Below, piece after piece: positions 34,781-42,877 of a stretch of DNA of 42,877 nt. The stretch covers positions 1 to 42,877 of the forward strand of contig JABANN010000284.1 in assembly GCA_013115125.1 (NCBI GenBank), written 5' to 3'. The number at the start of each line of letters is the position of its first letter. The stretch's first letter is position 1. The notes under the pieces were generated by a model. It saw only the letters and a program-made list of their open reading frames with translations. It was not told where the DNA came from and searched no databases. The stretch comes from Perkinsus olseni (taxonomy: Eukaryota). The translations under genes and the position numbers were made by a program.

Positions 34781-36472
34781 CTAATAGGTGTGCGAAAAGA
34801 GGAGAAATCGCTTGTGCCATGAGGGGTACCAGAAGAGGAAGCTGATTTGAGCATCGAAGTTCAGCCAACCGGTTAAATGCCACTTCTGTAAGTATTTGTC
34901 GACGGAGACGGCCACGTAGTGGAACGTGATACTAGCACTTGCACTGGGAAAATCGATCGATGCACTTGTGCCGATGCTGCCATTAGCCCGCATGAAGTTA
35001 GCAGGGCCAGCAAGAACATCGAGATTGCTGGTTAAAGTGATCTCAATGATGTTACCGATTGGGTTAGGAAGATGAACCCTGAAATACGCCCAAGCCTCGA
35101 TAGACGCAATACATATGCCGGTGTCAAGATTATAGTTACAATTGCCCGTGGCCTCGACGCATATGGTTACGCTGATGGAGACGCTCGAGCCTAATTTGTA
35201 GACCACCGAGCAGCCATCGCCATTAACTTCGAAGTCAAGGTCAAAATCATCGTACCACATCGTAATATCTACGTCCAAGATTGCCCCACGCTCAGTTCTC
35301 TGGACATTCGGGAAATCTACGTGAAGATACCCGTCAGCATAACTGTCGTTAGCTGCAGAAACCTGAATAGCAATACAGAAGTCTTTGTTACCGTCCCAAG
35401 CCTGGCATCCCTTCGGATACTGGAAGTCAAACGCGACGAGGCGTCGAGAACCAATGTGCCTTCCGAAGTACTTAGCAGCCGCCGATCCAGCTTTGGCGGC
35501 AAAATACGGGATAATTGACGAGGACTTGTGATGCTTGTGATTTTCAACCATGCAGCTGAGTGGATGAGTTTACCAGGGTCGGAAGGTATATGTCCAGAAA
35601 GTAGACTATCAACCGCTGACCCGAAGGTGTCAAGATGCTTCCTTGTGGACCTTAGGCGCCTGGAAGCTCCCTGGTTATGGTGATTACCGATTTCGTACAA
35701 GTAGAAGAGGCGCTCCTTAGCCTGGTCGGCGGACAAAAAGCTGTTATTCTTATGAAAGCGGGTGAAGAGCACTTCCTGATGGTATGCATTTTCATGCATG
35801 CTATTGCTTGCTAGTAGCAAGTTGCTACAAGCTTCAACGGCTTCTCGTCATGCTCGTCCATGAAAAGAGTCCAGGTATCCGGTGCTAGATTAGCGTCGTG
35901 CGCATATGAATGGTTGAAGCCTGTGGCTGGATCGACACCTTTGAAGCCGTACTTCACCCACAAATTCTGCCTCACACCATCATTCTCCACCAGAGAGCCA
36001 TAGGGGGTCCACCCGTCTTCTTCCAGCGACAAGGAATCATCTGCTTTGATATGTAGCTTATGAGCTGGAGGAGGGGCACTTCCGATCAAGTCCGCTTCAC
36101 CGTTCCTGAGACTATGCACAGTAACTAGCTCCGGAGTCGTCGTCGTCATGAAGTACTGATAAGGATAGCTAGGATGAGCTTCAACTTTGGTCTCAGAGTC
36201 TGAGAGTCAGAGTAGTGATGGGTCTGAGACTCAGACCCATCACTACCGACAATCACATGAGACCTGAACATGAGAGACTTGCCGTCTTCCATACCGGGAA
36301 GGGTCAAGCCAGCCGTGTGCGTGGAGATAGACTGGCTGCAAGGTGGTGGTTTCCCCTGTGCATCTTTGAGGCCTTCAACGGAGTAGAGTTTAGTCTCAAG
36401 ATGGAACTCGTAGTGGTGAGAAGCAACAGAGGCTATGGTGACGAAGTTTACCAGGAAGACTGCCGTCCACAT
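34781..36472 (-). pseudogene. Frameshifted paralog of the 552-aa secreted protein at 38610-40268
   Basis: Collinear with the intact copy (GLKDAQGKPPPCSQSI..AGLTLPGM, SLEEDGW, ANLAPDTW, SLLSGHIPSDP, QYPKGC) but split over four ORFs. The breaks are a 38-nt insertion (36198-36235), a 14-nt insertion (35808-35821) and a +2 shift near 35525-35545. Confidence 0.88.
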
Positions 36473-38609
36473 GAGAGAGTGACGTATCAAGGGAGAACTG
36501 TAGGCAAGCGGTTGCAAAACTTCGATTCGTGACCAGTGCCCATAGCCTTACAATAGCCGAACTCTTCAATCGATCGCGGATGAGTAGGAAAACGCTCATA
36601 CGTGCTTGGTGACGCCAGGTCACCGACATGCCCTGTCTCGCTTATGTGCCTAGACAGCTGCTACGTTATGAGACACCTTAGGCGTGTCTTACTAACAGTA
36701 CGGTCCAAGCATGTAACGAGGATTTTTGCCAAGGGTAACCTTGACCAGATGGGAAGGCAGCAGGTTAGATTCCAACCCTCGCGTGCATGACTGGAGCTCT
36801 GCGGTGTCTTCCGTGATCGGGAATTCTGACTCGAGCCCTCCCAGTGCTGATTCATAGGCCTCATTAACTCCGCAGTTCTCCGGGTGCTACTGACCCCGGG
36901 TGAGATGCCATTAAAGGAATCGTACTCGGTGATTTGCGAGGAATCCCACCGCCGCAGCGCGCGTGCCACACATGCACTATCATGACAACGTAGTGACGAC
37001 TATAGTGGACGCTATGTAACAGCTACAGCCGGATTCAGTAATATTCAGCTGTTAGACTATCGTCGCTGCACCACCTTCACTGCTACCGCCTACCATTAGT
37101 ATCAGATAACTGTGCGACCTCATTCTGTGCCTTGTTGCGTGCCTCTATTGACTCTTAACCGAAGGCTTCTTCAAGGTGCAGAAGGCGGCTTTCTGAAAGC
37201 CGGGCTTTCAAAGCCCCATGAGTATACGTGCTACACTAAGCTTAGCTGAGTAAGCTACAGTCTATATATAGCCTATAGATCACATCGGCGAAATTCGAGG
37301 GGGACTCAATCTCCTCAAGACTGTTTAACCTTTCTTCGAGCCCCGTCTCGAATTGCCACACTGTACTGAGTTATGGTGCACGCAGAGCGCCCGCTCAATT
37401 GCGAAGCTGTTGTGACTGCTGCTCTCTCCGATCGATCCCAGTCCTAGGCTCCCAGGTGGTGGAGCTCTTCGACTATAGGGAGGAACCCGCGAGCTTAATA
37501 GAAGGCAGGAGGGCCTGCTTCTAGGATATTGATGTTGCCGATAAGGCCCTATCGGAGGAGCCGTGCCAGCACGGTGACTGAGGCGGCGATACCGAAGCAG
37601 CACCAATCGTACTGTACCATAGCTTACTAAAGGAGTCTGGAGTTACAGCGTTGCTTTTACAATCATAACCAGGTGAGTGGTGACGCCCGCGCTGTCATAG
37701 AACGAGTGACTACTCAACCTTTCACGACGGAGTGGCAGAGCTCGCTCAGCTAAGCCGTTAACTCGAGGCAGCCAGCGGGGAATACCCAGTGCGCTCGAGT
37801 TATCCCGGCTCAAATTACTATCCCAAAAAGGGCTTTCGCGCATAACTGACTAAGGGTCCCTTAGTAAGGGAGTCTGCCGATCAGCTTCAGTAAATTCGTT
37901 TGCTGTGGGGACCGGTTTTATTCCGCCTTGGCTGAAGAGAAATAGTTCGTGCGTACACATGCGCGCACGAACACTCGAGATGATCCGAGTTAACGATCGA
38001 AAAGATTGGGATGATCGCAATGAACTTCCTAGTCAATATCATCATTTACAACACCAGAACAACTTTTCATGCCAAGGGCGACGAAACAAAGTAAATCTAG
38101 CCGTTGGTTGTATGAATGCTCAGACGACCGAAATAGTTTTCCTCACGGCTCTCAGAATCTGAAGCTCCACCTGAAGTTCGTCGCCGTCGAAGCCCGCAAT
38201 GGCGAAAATGGATTCAACCATGACTCTACAGACCGGACAACAGACCAGTTAGGACTGTTGCAGCAGAGCAACACATATCGAACAGATGCAAGGTTTGCCT
38301 TGCTTTGACATCACTTCTAACGAGAACGGAGACTACGGCGGACTATCAGCCGAACCCCAGTACTGTACTGCCAGTACTACTGACAGCGCACATAGAAATA
38401 GTATAGCACAAAAAAAAGGAGTTTACCTATGTTGATGAGGCAGCGTCAGTGCGACACTGGGATAACGAAAAAAAAGTTACATGGTAACCAACTGTGAGAA
38501 ATACCCAACCAATAACCATCAGAACCAACCACAGGCTCGCCGAAGGCTTCGCGATCCATGCTTTAATAGCATTGTTATGTGAGATAAAAGATAGAAAGCA
38601 TCAGGCAGA

Positions 38610-40268
38610 CTAAGTTGAGTAGGACCAGAGGGTATAGGTTTCTCCCCATGTTGGACTGAAGAAGGGCGTGCTGACTTTGGCTGAGAGACGCACATTTGAA
38701 GACATCTGCCACTTGCCCAGGTTGTTATCGACAGTAACGGCCAAGATGTCCAACTTGATACTAGCGCTTGCTATTCCGGCGGCATCGGCACTGGTGCCAA
38801 TGTTACCATAAGCCCTAACGTGATTGTTATTACCAGCATTGCACTCGATTTTACTATCTATGGTGACATCAATGATGTTGCCAACCACAGGCAACGTAAT
38901 ACCGAAAGTAACCGAGGCAGGTATATACGCAGAGAAGGTAAAAGCCTTGTCGTCGTACTCTGCGTCACCGTCAGCTTCCAGGCAAACAGTTACGGAGATT
39001 GCAACACTTCCTCCTAACTGGAAGACCAGTGCGCAGCCCGAGGCCTCCACATAGAGGTCGAGAGCCAAGTTCCCACTTTCCAGTTCGAGCGAAAGCTCGA
39101 CGGTCAGAGAAAGTTGCGCTGTACGACCCTTCTTTTTGACATCGGGGAGCTGCATATCCAGGTCGAGAGTGGCAAACGATGATAACAAACTCGCATCGAG
39201 CGTAATAGTTGTACATAACCCGTCCATATCGTCACTTTCTGCGCATCCTTTCGGGTACTGATATTCGAGTAGCTGCCGTGGAGGATTTTTCAGCCGTTCG
39301 AAGTACACAGAAGCCGCAGTTCCATCTTCGACGGTGAAATAAGGGATCACTTGAGAGGATCGTAGATGGCGGCGTGACAGCCAGCTGGCCGAATCGGCAA
39401 GAGAGTCAGGGTCGGAGGGTATGTGGCCAGAGAGTAGACTTTCGCGCATCGCCGAGAAGGTCCCACCCTGCTGTTCTGCCGTAGTAGCACCACTGGCAGA
39501 CATCGGGGCTCCACCAGTATTGATCTGGTACAAGTCGTAGAAGCGCTGGTGTGCCTGCTCTGAGGGCATAAAACCATCCTTTTTCTCGAAGTTCGTAATA
39601 GTCATCTCCTGGTGGATCGCATGGCCATGCATAGCGTTGGTAGCAACAATCTTCAAGGGCTTCTCGTTATTCCTATCCATGTAAAGGTTCCAGGTATCCG
39701 GTGCTAGATTAGCCATGTAGATAAAGGTATAGTTGAACCCTGAGGAGTGGTCTACACCTTGAAAGCTTTTCTTCACCCACTCATTCACTCTCACGCCATC
39801 CTTCTCCATGGCCCCACGGAAGGTCCACCCGTCGTCTTCCAGTGACATGGAATCAGATGCACTGATAGGTAGAGTATCAGCAGCCTCAGAAGCAACACTC
39901 CCAATGAAGACAGCTTCGCCATTGATCAGACGTTCCATGGTAACCGAGCTCTCACTTGAGGTTCTCATGAAATACTGGTAAGGATAGCTAGGATGGGCTT
40001 CTACTGTGGTTTCAGACCCATCACTACCGATCATCACGTGAGATTTAGTGGTAAGAGCGCCATCATCCATACCGGGAAGGGTCAGGCCGGCAGTCTTGGT
40101 AGCGATGGACTGGCTGCAAGGTGGTGGCCTCCCTTGTGCATCTCGAAGACCTTCGATGCAGTAACGTCTAGTCTCCAGCTGGTATTCGTAGTAGTGATAG
40201 GCCTTGTCGGGAGTACCCGCAACGGAGCCCACAAAGAGAAAGCTTCCAGAGAGGAGAGTCGTCCACAT
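38610..40268 (-). CDS. Intronless secreted protein of unknown function (552 aa), beta-rich Cys-containing C-terminal half
   Basis: Long ORF. The start is placed at MWTTLLSGSFLFVGSVAG because it is a signal peptide and aligns with MWTAVFLVNF.. of the paralog. Confidence 0.88.
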   Translation of the reverse strand: MWTTLLSGSFLFVGSVAGTPDKAYHYYEYQLETRRYCIEGLRDAQGRPPPCSQSIATKTAGLTLPGMDDGALTTKSHVMIGSDGSETTVEAHPSYPYQYFMRTSSESSVTMERLINGEAVFIGSVASEAADTLPISASDSMSLEDDGWTFRGAMEKDGVRVNEWVKKSFQGVDHSSGFNYTFIYMANLAPDTWNLYMDRNNEKPLKIVATNAMHGHAIHQEMTITNFEKKDGFMPSEQAHQRFYDLYQINTGGAPMSASGATTAEQQGGTFSAMRESLLSGHIPSDPDSLADSASWLSRRHLRSSQVIPYFTVEDGTAASVYFERLKNPPRQLLEYQYPKGCAESDDMDGLCTTITLDASLLSSFATLDLDMQLPDVKKKGRTAQLSLTVELSLELESGNLALDLYVEASGCALVFQLGGSVAISVTVCLEADGDAEYDDKAFTFSAYIPASVTFGITLPVVGNIIDVTIDSKIECNAGNNNHVRAYGNIGTSADAAGIASASIKLDILAVTVDNNLGKWQMSSNVRLSAKVSTPFFSPTWGETYTLWSYST

Positions 40269-41021
40269 GGATGGGTGATACTTCGAAAGAAAACTGATGA
40301 GACTGCGCAAGCCAATCGAAAGCTTCGATTCGTCGCCAATCCGTACCATAGCTGAACTCGTCATATCGATCGGAAGGAGCAGGTGGATGTTTCCGCGTAC
40401 CTGTTGACACTCAGTGTCTCCCAACCGATTTCAAGTCTCCAACCCTCCAGAAAGGATCGGGGCCTTTGATTGGCCACCTTGCGGATTGGCAATGCTCTTC
40501 ATTTTCAAGCTTCTCAGTTTTTGCCAGGAAAGTCTCAGCCTGCGACTGCTTCATGCAATACTGGAGATTCCGAACTCCTGTCTGCTGGAGCAATGGACGA
40601 CTTGCAATCCTGGACGTAGGTGCCTTGTTCCTTCCGAAGAGTTTTTCGGACACTTCCACAGAGCAGAGATGAAGGCGTGGGTGAGGTTTTGTGCCCGAGT
40701 TCGCCAAGTTCCAAGTTAGCAATTGGATTGGTCTGGCATTGACTTGGTTTTTCTGGCTGCTGCCAGCGGCCCGCTGGCGCCATCAACTGTCTCCTTGGGC
40801 GTTGTCCCTGACGGTCTGCTCCAAGGGCTCACATGTACCGTACACGAGCAGGCTACTTCAGTGTTGTGGAGAGTGTTGGTGGATTCCTATTCTCCTTGGA
40901 TGCAACATATGTGACTGACGAGGTCTAGCGTTTAAAGTTGGTCTGATAAGCTGGGATAGGCTCGAGGGACACTGTCCCTGGGACAGTGTCAAAGGCGCGA
41001 CGCGCCGAATTGGTATTACCA

Positions 41022-41168
41022 ATGATGCGCTTCGCTCCGCTGTGCTCGAGACGAGACAAATAACAAGATTTGGATTGGTCAGTAGTAGTACTACTACTAC
41101 TTACTAGTTAGTAATCTTGTTAGGGGGGAGGATGATGCGCTTCGATCCGCTGTGCTCGAGACGAGACA
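41022..41168 (+). repeat. 37-bp direct repeat pair (41022-41058, 41132-41168) enclosing a 73-bp palindromic spacer
   Basis: ATGATGCGCTTCG(C/A)TCCGCTGTGCTCGAGACGAGACA occurs twice, 36/37 identical. The spacer has TAACAAGATT..AATCTTGTTA arms and GTAGTAGTACTACTAC. Confidence 0.9.
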
Positions 41169-41384
41169 CTTCCTTCATGGATTTACATGGCTTTAGATGA
41201 TTTAGTACGTCTCTCCCTGTGTGTTGAGTCCTATGTCACCAGATACACCCGAATGGCACAACAAACAAGATGCATGTACTCACCATTGTGAGAAGTCCTC
41301 GTTGTCGGCGAGTCACTACGACACTATGAAGATTTCTGGTTTGATTTGAGTTTGAGTTTACCCAACTCAGCAGAGCGCTCAACA

Positions 41385-42766
41385 ACCATTACTCCACATA
41401 ATTCAATGCAGGCGCAGCAGCCCGACGACAGCGCCAGTGCTACCGTTTGCGGCCCCGAGTCGAGTCCTCTCAAGTTGAGAGTCTCAACTTATAATATAAG
41501 TCTTATATGCATTCTTTGGTCTTCCATTCGTGGCAACCAAAGGCTTCAACTCCTCTTAACTTCAGATCACCAGCGGAAAGTTTGTGGTTTGTAGGCGAGC
41601 GAACTCTTATCGTTTAACGATAATCGTTAGAGCAGTATTGAATTGTAAGTATTTTTGACGAAAACACTAAGTGTCCTCGTCGCACACTCTACGGTACTGC
41701 CACATTCGTCGTGAGTTATGGTTCATGAACTCATCTCATCAGCTCCAGTGAGTTCGATCAGTGCGTATGAGAGACCTACGACGTAAGTGGGCCGTAAGGC
41801 ATATAAGCCCAGGGGCCTGAGAAGCATCCGACATAATATCACGTCGATATTGATCATTTATTTGGTGTGCATCACAACTTCTGATGCGGACAGTGATTTT
41901 TGCTGGTACTGGCACCACTTTGATCGTTCACGCTCCACAGACTGTCGACGACAGTAGCATCGCTGCCAGCAAGCTAATTTGAAATTCGCGGGAAAACTTA
42001 TTGCTAACTGGATTGGTGTCTGACAGCCACTGGCTGTCAGCCGTTGGCTGACATGCTACGTTCGATGCTTTATTCATAGCTTGTCACGGTGAACTTCATC
42101 AGTGGTGAGCAGATGAACTTCATTTATCCGATGTCTATCTGGTGGACTTCATCGGATGAAGTCCTGGACCAGATTGCTTGGCAACCATTACTCCGCATAA
42201 TTCAATACGAGGGGAGCATCCCGACGAGAACGCCAGTGCTACCGCCTGAGGCCCGGAATCGGGTCGAGTCCTTTCAATTCTTATGCATCCTTCGTTCTTC
42301 CGCTCGTGGTAACCCCAGAGGGTGAACCCCTTTCCCTTTTCGATCCCTAGGAGAACTTCCTCCCGCTGCGAAAGGTTTGCAATGGTACGGAGTTGATTGA
42401 TTCGTCGGAAAGTATCCCATCCGATGGAATCCATCGAAGGCGAGCGATTAAGCTCTCATCATTAGGGTGGTATTGAATTGTAAGTATCTCTGCCGGACAC
42501 TGTACGAAATCGCATTCGCCATGAGCTTTGATTCATGAACTCACCTCGCCGGCTTTAGGAAGTGTGGTCAGTGCCTAGAGCTACGACCTAGGTGGGCCGT
42601 TAATAATGGCATGGCAGCCCAGGGGTTGGAAGCAGCCAACATAACATGTCACATGGATTTCGGTCGTTGTCAATGACTCATTGATTCGGTGCGCATCACA
42701 ACTTCTGATTCGGAAGGTCAGACAGTGATTTGTACTGATACTGGTACTACTTTGATCATTCACGCT
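41385..42766 (-). repeat. Diverged tandem duplication (~550-580 bp units, 41385-41934 and 42183-42766), probably decayed gene copies
   Basis: Ordered shared blocks: CAACCATTACTCC.CATAATTCAAT, CGCCAGTGCTACCG, GTATTGAATTGTAAGTAT, TTCATGAACTCA, GCATCACAACTTCTGAT and TTTGATC.TTCACGCT. The minus strand gives IKVVPV..ITV.RIRSCDAH in both copies, with stops and indels. Confidence 0.8.
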
Positions 42767-42877
42767 TGGCAGTTATATCGCTCCCAACAGGCTGATGGCT
42801 CAGCTGTTGGGAGCCGGAGGCACGCACTGAGTTATTGTTGACAGCCGTTCGAGTCCCATCTGTGGATGACTCAGAGT

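Noticed and set aside
36600-38600. Short ORFs between the secreted-protein paralogs
   Set aside because: Frequent stops, palindrome-rich and no domain evidence; treated as intergenic or decayed.
40269-40424. 52-aa N-terminal extension of the 604-aa ORF
   Set aside because: It begins at a non-ATG codon, and the signal peptide and paralog alignment both start at Met 40268.
41022-41168. CRISPR-like repeat-spacer-repeat (37-bp repeats)
   Set aside because: Only two repeats, a 73-bp low-complexity spacer, eukaryotic context and no cas genes.
1-42877. Spliced-leader RNA gene or SL relics; intact transposase or reverse transcriptase
   Set aside because: By eye I found only short partial matches (TTGGCTCAA at ~6906 and ~30291), no full leader, and no RT, integrase or transposase motifs. 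A computational search could still find degenerate copies.

Overview
Eukaryotic, gene-dense DNA with many short (~40-60 nt) GT-AG introns, so most ORF-track entries are exon fragments or antisense noise. The gene architecture and gene families best fit a perkinsid alveolate (Perkinsus sp.); this is an inference. Genes reconstructed by hand-splicing are two S10 serine carboxypeptidase paralogs, a secreted protein with a lipobox-like signal, a STE20-type kinase, a GT8 glycosyltransferase, a second putative GT-A glycosyltransferase and a DDHD phospholipase. Further on are an intronless 1076-aa helical-repeat protein, a CDK20/CCRK-like kinase, IFT20, CFAP20 and a Mei2-like RRM protein. There is also a pair of intronless secreted-protein paralogs, one intact and one triply frameshifted. 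Two tRNA genes are present, Gly-GCC and Pro-CGG. The right quarter is mostly decayed duplicated sequence. Two things stand out. First, a contiguous flagellar block (CFAP20, IFT20, CDK20-like) is flanked by a Mei2-like gene and a possible MEI1/PRD1-like gene. Second, short locally templated palindromic insertions with a single central base recur throughout, and paralog comparison shows they have inactivated at least one gene. Exon boundaries were read manually and may be off by a few bases.
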